Below, piece after piece: positions 23,353 to 36,400 of a stretch of 64,000 bases of DNA; the first letter of the stretch is position 1; each line of letters begins with the position of its first letter. Under the pieces are notes generated by a model. It was not told the DNA's origin. It saw nothing but the letters and a program-made list of their open reading frames with translations, and ran no database searches. The stretch is from Parasitella parasitica NRRL 2501 (taxonomy: Eukaryota > Fungi > Mucoromycota), in contig MU619239.1 of the NCBI GenBank assembly GCA_025201805.1, forward strand, positions 3,429-67,428, read 5' to 3'. The translations under genes were made by a program, and so were the position numbers.

Positions 23353-23501
23353 TTAAAGTCTTTTGTATAAACCATTTTCCATTTATTGTGACGTATTGGG
23401 CAAGATGATTGGGGCTCTGTTTGTTTATAAAACCTTGAAAAATCTTCCTTTACGCCATCTTCCTTTTTTTCTCCTTATATTATCTAAAGTCATAAATACA
23501 A

Positions 23502-26159
23502 ATGTCGTTAGAGCTTACACAACTTGTTCAGCGTCCTGGTGCTGGCAAATCTGGTCAACGGGTTCGCGTCAGAGCCAATTTCTTTGAGGTCACCTCTTTC
23601 CCAAGTCAAAACATCCATCACTACGATGTTACTATTGACCCTCCTGAGAAGCCCCCAGCTCTCTACCGTAAGGTCTGGAAGGCCTTTGAGGACATGGACG
23701 GGCAAGGCCTTCTCAAAGGCATCAAAACTATCTTTGATGGTCGCAAGAACGTCTTCTCCCCCAAGCCGCTTAACCTGGGTGAAGAGCAAGCTAAGGCTTT
23801 TGAGGTAAATATTGATTAATAATTCTCCTTGGACCAATTAATTTATCTGTTTTTATTCAAATTTAGATCAATCTTCAAGAGGGTGTCCCTAATGCCAAGC
23901 GTCCTGACATCTTCAAGATTCGTATCAAGAAAGCAGGTGAAATCAATATGGAAGAACTCAACCTCTTCTTGCAGGGCAAGTCTGCCTGTACCACCAACTG
24001 TCTCACTGGTATGTTGAATTGATTATATAGGAAAATTTTCAAGACAAGTAGAAACTAACCTAGCCAAATGACGCATTTTAGCCATCATGGTTCTTGATGT
24101 ATTGGTCCGTCAGGTTCCTTCTTCCCTCTACACCACTGTAGGCCGCTCCTTCTTTCCTGGAACTGAAAAGAGTCCTCTTCCCAACGGTGCTGAAGTCTGG
24201 CAAGGTTACTACCAATCTGTTCGTCCTACCATAGGTAAAATGATGGTCAACATTGACGTCAGCGCAACAGCTTTTCACGAAGCTGGCTCTTTGCCTGAAA
24301 TCGTCACCAAGATCTTGGGTCGCCGTTCTCTTGATGAACTTCGTCGCGGTATTCCTGACCGCGAGCTTTCTAAGCTTGAGAAAATTCTCAAGGTCTTGAA
24401 AATTCAAGTTGTCCATCGTGGTGAGAGAAAGATCAAGTACAAGATCACCAAGCTCACTCCTTCTCCCGCTGATCGCACCGTCTTCAAAGATGAAGCTGGC
24501 AACGAGCAAACCGTCGCCGACTACTTTGCCAAGCAGTACAACAAGCGTCTCAACTATCCTTTCTTGCCCTGTGTTGTCGTCAAGAAGGACATCTTCTTGC
24601 CCATGGAAGTCTGTGAGGTCATTCCCGCTCAACGTGTTACCAGGAAACTTAACGAGAAGCAAACTGCTGAAATGATCAAGTTCACTTGCCAAAAGCCCAA
24701 TGTTCGTGCCAACAAGATCAAAGGCGCCATTTCTCATTTTCAATACAACAACCCTTACATGCAGCAATTTGGTATGGCTGTTAAGCCTGAAATGTCTGTT
24801 ATCAACGCTCGTGTCCTCCCTACGCCCAAAATCTCCTATAACGAGAAATCTCAAGACGCTACATTCACTCCTGAAGGTGGAGCCTGGAATTTAAGAGGCA
24901 AGAAAGTCGCCCAAGGTGCCACCCTTGGCTCTTGGTCCGTTGTCAACTTTGCTGGTAACGTTCCCCTTCCTGCCATTAATCGTTTCATTCGTGAATTGTC
25001 CCAGACCTTTATCGATACCGGTTTGAACGTTGTCAACCGTACTCCTCCTGTTATCAATGCTGATCCCACTGGAAACATTGACAATACTCTCAAGGGAGCT
25101 TGGTTGAAGGCTGGTAACGCTGCCAAGGCTAATCCTCAATTGATCGTCTGTATCTTGCCTAACACTGGTGTTCCCTTGTATGCTGAAATCAAGCGTATTT
25201 CTGATACTATCATCGGTGTCCCCACTCAATGTCTTCAATCCAAGCATATTAATGATGCCAAGAAGCAATATTGTGCCAACGTCTGTCTCAAGGTCAACAT
25301 GAAGCTGGGCGGTATGAACTTGTACCTTCCTCCTCCCCACATTCCCTTCATTGCTCAAAGCCCCACTATCGTCTTGGGTGCCGATGTCACGCATCCTGCT
25401 CCTGGTGACATGAACAGACCCTCTATTGCTGCACTTGCTGCTTCTATGGATGCTCGTGCCTCAAGATACTCTTCCGCCATTCGTGTCCAGGCCAACCGCA
25501 CTGAAATCATTGCCGATCTTGCAAACATGATCAAAGAAGTCCTCAAGAACTTTTATCAATCTTGTGGTCAAAAGCCACAGCGTATTCTCTTCTATCGTGA
25601 TGGTGTTTCTGAAGGCCAATTCAAGCAGGTCATGGACTCTGAAGTCGCAGCCATTCGCGCAGCCTGTGCCTCCCTTGACAAGGACTACAAGCCTACTCTC
25701 ACATTTGTTGTCGTTCAAAAGAGACATCATGCTCGTTTCTTCCCTATTGAGGCACGCGATGCTGACAGATCTGGTAACTGCAAGCCTGGTACCGTCATTG
25801 ATTCAGAAATTGTCCATCCTTTCGAATTCGATTTCTATCTTCAATCGCATGCTGGTTTGCTCGGTACCTCCAGACCTACTCATTACCACGTTCTTCATGA
25901 TGAGAACAAGTTCACTTCTGATGCTCTTCAGGAGTTGACTTACAACCTCTGTTATATCTATGGTCGTGCCACTCGTGCAGTCTCCTTGGTCCCCGCTGCC
26001 TACTATGCTGATTTGATTGCTGCTCGTGCCAGATTCCATCGTCGTGGTGAGAACTGGTCTGACGCCGATGCCACCTCGGAGTCCATGGATTCCGATGCCC
26101 AAATGGCTTCCTTCGCTGTTGTCAAGCCCGAGTTGCAAAAGGTCATGTACTTTATGTAA
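23502..26159 (+). CDS. Argonaute (N-PAZ-MID-PIWI), two introns (~23805-23866 and ~24009-24081), ~840 aa
   Basis: VRVRANFF, WQGYYQSVRP, PAZ (TVADYF..YPFLPC..LPMEVC), YAEIKR..PTQC, GADVTHP, YRDGVSEGQF, QKRHHARFF, GTSRPTHY, PAAYYADL. Confidence 0.97.
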
Positions 26160-26772
26160 ATCCCATCCCTCCATCTTTCATTCCCTTATTACAGCATCAT
26201 CTCTTTTCGTCTTGACTCAAATAAAAAATTCTTTGATTGTTAATTTCTGAATGCTTTTTCAAAATTGACCGCATTGTTGCTATTGTTTTTGCTGGTTGAC
26301 CAATTTGCATTTGGAAGAATGCATGCGTATGTATTCTGCCCAGATGTGTGCAAGTCGTCAATGAATGTGTGAAGACATGCGCATATTTTAAATAGTATCT
26401 TAAAACGACGAATTTTAAAAACAGGTGGCCCGGTTATTCAGATGGAATATCTCATCAACGTAAAGCTACAATGATGTGATTTGTTCGCACCAAAATATTT
26501 CAAGATTGCAGCACATCAATTCAAAGCTAATCTACATGCTTGTTTTTTTTTATCGAGTAGCAATATCACTGTCTGCTGCCATGTAGTTATCTTGCTTCAG
26601 GTAAGGACTTGAGAGTGCAAGACAATGATATAATGGTGATACCGGCCTACCGTTCATTTCAGGCCCCATGCTGCACTCTTAGGACTCAGCATGACCCCCA
26701 GTTGAAATCTTGTTTACATTCGTTTTTTCTGGTTTTTGCATAAATCATTTTTAAGTGGTAATAATCGAAATC

Positions 26773-28375
26773 ATGAACAGCATTTTAAAGATGCGAGGAT
26801 TAGCATCCTCAAGACGAATTGCACAACTGGCTAGTCAACATGCCATCAAAGTATGTTTTATTATGTATTCTTGATAGACTAATGGCGGACGGACGATACA
26901 CTGACGCGTCACTTTGCACACATTTAGACGTCGCCATTCATGCAAAGAAGCGTTGCATTATATGGAGGCTATGGCTACAATAACGAGTATGATAATAACT
27001 ATATGGGTGGGGGGTCTCAAGCTGGCTCAAATAGCTCCTGGGGCTCTGGCTCAGACCGTCAAGCATTACCTAGAAATACCGTAAGTGTGTGTGTGTCCGT
27101 TAGAAGGAATCACTGTGTTTGGCTCACAATGTACAGATTATCAAATTCGTTCCTCAACAAGAAGCATGGATTGTTGAACGCATGGGAAAGTTTGATAGAA
27201 TGCTGGAACCTGGCTTGAATATCCTGATCCCCTTTATTGATCGCATCAAATATGTAAAGAGCTTGAAGGAAACTGCTATTGAAGTTCCCAGCCAGAGTGC
27301 TATCACTCAAGGTTTGTGTGTTTGATCAGAGCTTGCAAAAAATGTATAATGTCCTGATGACAGTGTAGACAACGTAACTCTGGAGTTGGATGGTGTGCTG
27401 TATTTCAGATGTGTGGATCCTTTCAAGGTAGGTTTTTTTTTTTTTTTTTTTTCTTTTTTTTACTCGAGAGGTTTAGCAATGTTAGAAATTCCATTAACCT
27501 GGCATACACATATAGGCATCTTATGGCGTTGAAGATGCAGAATTTGCTATTACTCAACTTGCACAGACAACCATGCGCGCAGAGATCGGTCAAATGACAT
27601 TGGATCGTACTTTAGCAGAGCGTGCTCACTTGAACTCCAACATTGTGGATGCTATTAATTCCGCAGCAGAAGATTGGGGCATTCGATGCTTGCGTTATGA
27701 AATTCGTAAGACAAGGAGGCTTGCAGGCGCAGCAGATTTACATGACTGATTTGTTTTCATTCAATTTGATAAATAGGCGATATCCACCCTCCCTCAAAGG
27801 TCGTTGAATCGATGCATCAACAAGTTTCAGCAGAACGTACAAAGAGAGCACAGATCCTCGAGTCTGAAGGTGCTAGACAGGCTGCTATCAACGTTGCCGA
27901 GGGTCGCAAACAGTCGACCATTTTAGCATCCGAAGCAGAAAAGGCAGAGAGAATCAACATGGCTGCTGGTGAAGCTGAAGCCATTCTTTTGCGCGCAAAG
28001 GCATCTGCTGAAGGGATTGAACGAGTAGCCCGTGCGATCGCTACTAACCATGGCAACGATGCTGTTTCCATGACGGTGGCCGAAAAATACGTCGATGCAT
28101 TTGGTAGAATGGCCAAGGAAGGAACAACAATGATTGTGCCTGCATCAACTAACGATGCTGCCTCCATGGTGACACAGGTAAACTATAAAGTAACTCTTTT
28201 GATGGTCAATTAATGAAATTTTGCTTTCTAGGCGTTGGCAATCTACAACACAATCAACAATAAGAAGAGCGCTGTTCGTCCTCCAGTCCCCACCTCTCCC
28301 TCAGATGTACCATTAGGCGTTGAGTCAAGTATGTCTAGTACATTGGAAACAGATGCTTTGAAAGACGACAAATAA
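26773..28375 (+). CDS. Stomatin-like protein 2 (SPFH/band-7, probably mitochondrial), multi-exon
   Basis: IKFVPQQEAWIVERMGKF, IEVPSQSAITQDNV, AQTTMRAEIG, QVSAERTKRAQILESEG, VAEKYVDAFG; basic/hydroxylated N-terminus. Confidence 0.92.
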
Positions 28376-29901
28376 ATAAATACATATATGAATCGAGGCT
28401 GTGTATAATATTGTATGTAATGCGGTTCTTTGAAATGTCCAATTGACAACAGAGTATATTAGCTTTCATTATCTCCCTATACACATATTTTACCTTGTAG
28501 CCTATTTGTTACATATGAATTATTTCGCCTCAAACCACATATACCGGTAGCTAGTTGGGATACATATTTAATATGATATGGCAACACAGGCAACACAGGT
28601 GTTCATGTATTTGAGAAATCTAGAGTGAATTCCTTTCATAATTTTACAAACATAAATAGCATGTAAATAACAAGAATACACCAAGTCAAGTTTTATATAT
28701 CAACTCCTTTTTTGTTCATTCTGCATGAGTTTTTATAGTTGATATTTGGGTTCGATCTTATAAGAATAGATTCTCCTTAATTTTGCAGCATCTTGTGTGC
28801 TACCATATAAAAAAAGCGTATAGATGATACACTTTTATTTTGATAATTGTATTTAAAGTGAATACACTTTATTGATGTGATCAGTGTACGAATTGCATAT
28901 AGGCCTATTAGCAATGCAGAAGTAATCGTATTTTATATGCATGTCTTGAGTTTTATTACTACTGATAAATGTCGTTTGCTCCTAACTAATCAAATCCATT
29001 TTTTTTTTTTTTTTATTATTAGTGCGTATGATCTCTCTTGGATACTCAATATAACAAAACTATGATAGCCTGTCCACTTTAGTTACAAGCCAACTTGTAT
29101 TAGAGAAAAAGCTAAATCTCTTTGTATAAGGATAGAAACACAAATAGACATGTTTTGTCCCTTACAACCTTTATCCCCCCTTTTTATGGCCCTAAACTAT
29201 ACCTTTTTTTATTCTTTTCGAAAATGGTACATCTTTTTTGAATGAATATAACGGTATAATGGAATGAGAACGTAACAGGATCATAGAGATCGGGGCAGAA
29301 GTTACAGTTATCATTGGTACGATAATCCCTATTATGAATGTAAATTATGAAATATACATTAAACACATGAATTATATTGGTGACACCTTGTCAGACACAT
29401 TTCATAATGATAAAAAGGGAAGTACACATCAGCTCTATAATTTTTTATTATAATGGTTCACAAGGGATGTCATGATTAAGTCTCAGTTTTCTATTATATA
29501 AAATGTAATCGACAGTTCATGTAGGTCGAAAAAAGAAGGCATGATCTTTTTTGGAATTCTTTGCTGTATTTAAGCTTGCTTCTTTTGTTTTTTGTTTTTT
29601 TTTTTACTTTTCATCTCTCTTTTACATCTTTTCTTGTTCTTTTCAGCTTTCGTTCGTTTGAATGCCTGAAAGGTTATAATAATATATTCAATCTACCACA
29701 CTCCTTATCAAAGTAACTTTACAACAATCATCATAATCCCCTTCCTTAACAACATCTTTATATATAAAAATACGCACACGCACATACATACACTCCCTCC
29801 CTTTTTCTTTCTTCTATAAATCATTATCCATTTGACATTGAACACTTTTACCCCTGAATTTCTTGAATTTTATCTATATATATAATACAACACTAATAGT
29901 A

Positions 29902-31224
29902 ATGAGCCAACAACATTGTATACCTTCTTCCTCTAGTGAATATCAACAGAATAGTTTTAGCATCTCTACTTACCCTCCACCTGCTGCAAAACTTGAGCTT
30001 TCTGATCCATCTATAGTGTACCCAGGTAAGATTTAGTCGATTTTAGATTTGCCCATCATTTTATAAACATCTAATCCTGATTTTTATATAAAGGCGCTTC
30101 ATTTTACGTTTCTCCAATGACAGCTACTCAACCTTCACCTTCTACTTCCTCTTATTACTACGACAGTAGCAGTAATAAATACCAACAGCAGCAACAGCAA
30201 CACTTTGCTCAACAAAGCAGCCCTGATTCAACATTCATGTCGTCCTCTCCTCCCCCTCAGCAGCAACAGCAGCAACCAGCAAGAATCAATACTTGCTCGC
30301 CTTCTTCCATCATGATACAAGATCCTCCCATGCTAGTCGCTTCTTCTTCCTCAACTACAACAACGTCCACAATGTCCTCTTCATCGGTTGATTTTCTGAA
30401 CGAGGCATTTGCAAAGGCTACTTCTTTACCAGAATCTTTTTATCCCGAGTTTTTGCAATATTCTAAAGAGACTTATGAGCAATCTACTGTTGGTGGGCCT
30501 AATCGTAAAAAACAAAGAAGGTCGGTCGAAAATAAAGACAAAGAAGAAGCTAAATTCGAGTCTCCTCCACAGCAGCAACAGCAACAGCAACAGCAGCAAC
30601 ATCAACATCAACAACAGCATCAACAACAACAACAGCAGCAACAGCAGCAGCAGCAACAAAATGAGGCTGAAGGCGAATCTGAAAATGATGAGGAGAGTAA
30701 CAGGTATACTATGCTACATTAATTATTACAACAGATGCTAAATCCTCTTGTCCATTAGCAATATGACCTCTACTGAGCTTCGCAGACAAATTCACATTCA
30801 GTCAGAACAAAAACGAAGAGCTCAAATCAAGGATGGGTTTGAGGAGTTGAGAAATGAATTGCCTACTTGTTTAAACAAAAAGATGAGCAAGGTTGCCTTA
30901 TTACATCGCAGTAAGTATAGTAAAACTTGCAATTTGATTATGCTTTGATTAGCACACAAAAACACTCGCCGCTCACACATAATGAAATAATATAATAGCT
31001 GTCCAACATATTCAACATTTAAAAGACACGCAAATGTCTATTCTATCCGAATTAGAAAGGCTTGTTCATGAGAATGAGCAACTTCGCAAGTAAGCTTCTT
31101 CTTTTTTTTTTTTATTGCGCTGTCAGGAACATGCCTTTAAAGTTATCATCATTCATCTAGATTCCAGGAAAGTGTTCTTCAGAAACAAGCGTTAGAGAAC
31201 ATGTATACAATGACAAACATGTAA
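29902..31224 (+). CDS. bHLH(-zip) transcription factor with polyQ tracts, multi-exon
   Basis: RRQIHIQSEQKRRAQIKDGFEELRNELP..KKMSKVALLHR|TVQHIQHLK; TAA at 31222-31224, immediately before the gap. Confidence 0.88.
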
Positions 31225-31414
31225 NNNNNNNNNNNNNNNNNNNNNNNNNNNNNNNNNNNNNNNNNNNNNNNNNNNNNNNNNNNNNNNNNNNNNNNNNNNN
31301 NNNNNNNNNNNNNNNNNNNNNNNNNNNNNNNNNNNNNNNNNNNNNNNNNNNNNNNNNNNNNNNNNNNNNNNNNNNNNNNNNNNNNNNNNNNNNNNNNNNN
31401 NNNNNNNNNNNNNN
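31225..31414. other. Assembly gap (190 N)
   Basis: Run of N. Confidence 1.
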
Positions 31415-31772
31415 TTTTCATTTTGATACAAATTACTAAATAAAATAATCCAAATTTACGTATAATATATTACCAATCTATTTGTAACTACCAAAAATAC
31501 AGCCAGCCAGCCTTATAAACGTGTTGGACAATGCAAGGAAATGTGATTTATTTTTAATTTTCCAGCTTCGATGCATCTGGAAAAACCCTTTAAAGAGAGA
31601 CTTAGCCGACCGAATACATACACGAAAAATCTAATCAGGCATATTACAACGTGCCTCCTGACATACCTCGGTATGTTGCCAATAATGAATATCTTGGCTT
31701 TTTCTTTATTCACTGAGCAAATCACTATTTATATACATTTCTGCACTGGATGATTTATACATGTCAGTCTTC

Positions 31773-33349
31773 CTAATGAAAAGGGCTATTGTTGGTGGAA
31801 GCAGTGGTATTGGAGTCATAACTCGGTGGTGGAGAGGAAGCGGAGACGGTGACAGTAATGCTGTGAGTACTACCATGATGTGCATTAGCACCGGGATTAT
31901 CAACCAGTGTAGGTGTGCTGTTGCTAGAATTATTATTGCTATCAGAATTCCCAATGAAAGGTGGTGCCACAGGGGCAGCGTCATTTGCACTCTCTTCCAT
32001 TGTCGTTGCCGCTGCTGAGGTATCATCATTCTCGACTATAGCTCCGGAATTCTCAAATACCCAGGCATCCGAGCTATCAGGATCGATACCTTCCATAAAA
32101 TTGGTTTTTGTAGCCTCCCAAAAATCAGAGAGCCATTTATAGTCACTGCAGTGCTCCATAAACTTGATCCTTAGAGCGTCAGGATGGCAGAGCTGTGAAG
32201 AAGGCTGTCGTCTATTAACAATCAAGGCAGGTGTGTGGTTTGTGTATAATCGATTGTTGATCCAGTAGAAGCCATTGCCGTCTCGTCGAATCTGCACAAA
32301 CGCTACTCCTGATCGATGAATGTATTGATCGTATTTGTATACTTCCTTGATATACGAATATTTCAGGTCTACGCCTTTTGCCTTTGCACGCTCAAAGTTA
32401 AAGTCTGTCTCTACGTCAAGAACGAATTCTAAATGGCGCACAAGCGCAATCTCGTAAAACTGTGCTGGTACGTTAATTTTGGAGGCGGATACAAGTTCAT
32501 CCACAGGTGGTGGCGGACATGCCATTGGAATAGGCACAGGACATTGGAAAGGATTGTCATTCTCAGAATCTTCATATGCTTGATCAACAGAGCCCTCTAC
32601 GAGCTTAAGTCCACATCGCTCTGCTTGTCTGCCCCAGTTTTGTATGAGTTCCTGAACTAATTGTGCTGTACAACCCAGCCAGTTTAATTGAAAGTGGTAG
32701 CAATTGTTGGGATTGTGAATCGTATCATAGTGCAAAATGGCTGTTTCTCGCCTATCGCTTTTCTTGTACGGATCAACATCAATGATCATGGACTTTGACA
32801 TTTCAAAATCAATACTTTTGGGTGGCGTGCTGGAATGTGTGCTGGGTACTTGATGAAGCATATTGCTATTACCATCAATTACTTTTTCTATAACAGTTGC
32901 TATTGAGCTAACTGCCGAATCCTTTCTTAAAAGTGGTTGCTGCTGCTGTTGTGATTGCTGTTGTGGTTGCTGTTGCTGTTGTGGTTGCTGTTGTTGCTGT
33001 GGCTGTTGTGGTTGCTGTTGCTGCTGTTGCTGCTGTGGTTGCTGTGGTTGCTGTTGTTGCTGTGGTTGCTGTTGCTGCTGTGGTTGCTGTTGTGGTTGCT
33101 GTTGCTGTTGCTGTTGCTGTCGCTGTTGTGGTTGTTGTTGTTGCTGTTGCTGTTGCTGCTGTTGCTGCTGTGGTTGCTGTGGTTGCAGTTGCTGCTGTGG
33201 TTGCTGCTGTGGCTGCTGTTGTGGTTGCTGTTGCTGTTGCTGTTGCTGTTGTGGTTGCTGCTGTGGTTGCGGTTGTTGTGATTGTTGTGATTGTTGTGAT
33301 TGTTGTGATTGTTGTGATTGTTGTAATTGCTGCTGTGGTTGCTGTTGTG

Positions 33350-33442
<93 letters not shown>

Positions 33443-36400
33443 TGGATGGTTTCTTGACTGCAAATTCTTTGTTTACATGATAAAAATAGTTGCCATCCAA
33501 GAAGCTATGTCGTTTGGTAGCAGAGTGAAATAAGGGCGGCTTTCTTTGCATGAGGGAATTGCCAAACTGAACTGCTTGCTCTCGTGTTGTGATTTCTTCA
33601 ATCTGCCCAATGATCCAATCAACGAATTCTGTGCCAGTAAACACATTGCTAAACATTCTGAAATGCCAACGACGATCCATGATTTTGACACCCCCTTTAG
33701 AGTCTTGTAAAGCCATCGCAATATCTTTAGATCTCGAATCTTGAGAAAGACTTTGGCCAATCATGATGGAAGACAAAATGTTGCCATGCGACTTCAATTC
33801 ATGGGCAGGCAAGGGTAATGTAGCTCTCATAGCATCGCTAGCAACATATGCAGAGGGATCCATAGTCGTCAACTTGACACCGAGATCGGAAAACCCAATC
33901 TCCTTTTTTCTGCGCTTCAGCAAATCTTCTCGTTCTTCAGGAGTAAGCCATTTGGCTTTACGAATGTTCTGTATCCAAGATTCAAACAAGGCTAGCCGTT
34001 TTTCTTCTTCATTCAGATGGTCGTGAAGAGCTCCTGTAAACGTGATATTGGTAGGCAGCGTTTCACGAGGAATGACTATAAAACGAGCCCTCCAAAAACG
34101 CAAGTTGTCAGTCAACTCCTCTTGATAGCCAGCTACAAGATGGTCCAAGTAATTCCAGGCATAGAGCAGACTAGGGTAGCTAAACACAACGGCTTTTGGT
34201 CGATAGATAGGCATATTCTTTGGCCATATGGCACACTTGTAGTTACTTTTTCCAACATCAAATTGAATCATACGAACATAGCGTCGTACTTCTACATTTT
34301 GCCCTGAAGAATCAAAGGTGAGCTGGTGTACTTGGTGGCCCATTGAAAGCCACCAAACCATGTGTTTCCACTTGGAATTCCCATTATCATCCTGTGTCCC
34401 TTTTCCAACAATTGGGACATTGTTGGCACCTAGAGTAGCGAGCTTTGTGTTACCGCCAATTGCCATGGTGGTAGCTAATGCTGTTGTGGCATTGTTGCCG
34501 TTGGAAGGACTACCACCTCTCGTTGAAGTTGTATTATTTTCAGCTTCTTTGCCTGATACTGCGACTGGTGTTGTTGTTGCTGCAGTTGCAGGGTCTTTAT
34601 TGTAGACGCTGCCAAATCCTCCCAGCGTAGAAATAAGGCTGTCGCCTTTTACGGCCGTAGTTTTGGCATATGTTGAGCTATTTGTATTGTCTACAATGAT
34701 TTGGAACCCTTGCGCTAATCTCTGGCTCAACATTTCTATCAACAAGTTTTCAGTCTTTTTGTGTTCAGATAGATTTCTATCGCCAGCCTGGTATAGGTTG
34801 GTATCTTCACTGGCAGAGACTGTGTACATGTAATGGTTGTAATGGCGTGCTAGTTCTTCGTTGGAGGGAAAGTAATCTGTAGTCAGGGGCAGACAAGCTG
34901 GCGTTGCTAGGGATTTCCAGTGCACCACAGGACCGTCGCATTCTTCTGCCTTTGGCAGAGCATGCTGCCAACGTCGTAAATGAGATGTGAAAAGATTCTG
35001 ATTGTCTGAAGGGTTGCTTGGATTGATAAGCATGTGTTTGAACGGGTTATGGCGGCTCAGGTTGTGAGAGGGAGACGATCTGTTTGCTGCATTGGCGCCG
35101 AAACTCGTCCGCATTAAATCGCTGTTACCGGATTGCTTGTGTATAGACGGTAAACTGCCAGACAGTACGCCTTGGCGAGGCGACGGATTCAATGGCTTTC
35201 GGCTAGAATCTGGACGTCCACCAACCCCCTTGTTGTTAATGGGTACTGGATCAACCGTACTGGAACTGACTACCGCAAATTCATCCTCATCATTGCTGGT
35301 CTGGTTACTTATCTGTAAATGTTGTGTTTGCTGATGCTGCTGCTGTGTCTGCGGGTGTTGAGCCTGTTGCTGCTGTGGCAGCTGTGATTGCGGTGGCTGT
35401 GCTAGTGGTGGGTGATTATGATGATGATTAGAAACATACTTTCCGTCTGTGCTGTTCATAGTGCCTCTGCGAATAGATCTAAATCTGGGAGGGTTGACAT
35501 TGTCATCTCTAGTGAGTGTAGGCGACGACCTGAACGGATCCAAGTTACTTTTCTCGTCTTTTCTAGGGGGTAAATGATGGTTATCAAACGGACCTTTGCC
35601 ACCTATTTGCTGTGATTGAGAAAGTACAGACGGAATACGACGTTGATCGCCAGTATGATGCCATGTCTAACGATTAAATTAAGCACTATGAGCATCCGTA
35701 AACAAAAAAAAAGAAAAAGCTTACTGTAGTTGCCTTGTGTCTCGCATTTGTATTTTGCCACAACAAATCATTGGAATCTGATCGTTCGGCACCTTCAAAA
35801 GAGTTTTTTGTCGAATGGATTGGTTTCATTGATTTGGCAGAGGTGGGTGGTGGACCTGCCACCATTCGTTTGTTAAATCTTGGCTCAGAAGATGTCTTGA
35901 ATAGATCACTGTCATATGTCTTGTACCAATTGCTCGGTTTTTCCAGGGCATCATTGTTGGTTTTTTGGGGTTGAGTTGCGCCAGCTGCAGCAGGAGTCAT
36001 TTCTGATGCTGCAAAGAAAGATGGGCGTCTAGCGCTACCGGATATATTGGCTGATCTAGAAAGATATGCTTCTCCATTGCCTGTATAGGACTTGCTCTCT
36101 TCACCAAGTCGTAATTTATCGTTTAAACTACTGCTACTTTTATGCTGTCTAATAGAATGGCTCTGGCTGGAGTCTTTATTAACCGATGCTGTCATGGCGG
36201 TGGTATCTGACAAATAAGGTACAGAAATACCACGAATGTCATGCTCCATAATACCCATCATCTGAAGTTCGTACATTTTGCATCTTGTTTTAAATTTGTC
36301 CTGTTTCAAAAACCTTCCCGTTTCATGATGGTAAAAGCTACAATCAACCCAGTGTGGTACAGCATAATATATTTGAGTAGCAGCATCATCTGAGTCTCTG

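Noticed and set aside
24078-26174. Long antisense ORFs over Argonaute (and similarly over PRP8 and PMC1)
   Set aside because: Expected shadows of strongly biased codon usage on the coding strand; no recognisable domains
31179-31431. ORFs containing X runs
   Set aside because: Artefacts of the N gap
32863-33533. Poly-Cys, poly-Val/Ala, poly-Leu and poly-Asn/Ser ORFs that look like metallothionein or membrane proteins
   Set aside because: They are alternative-frame and antisense readings of the IML1 CAG/CAA tract
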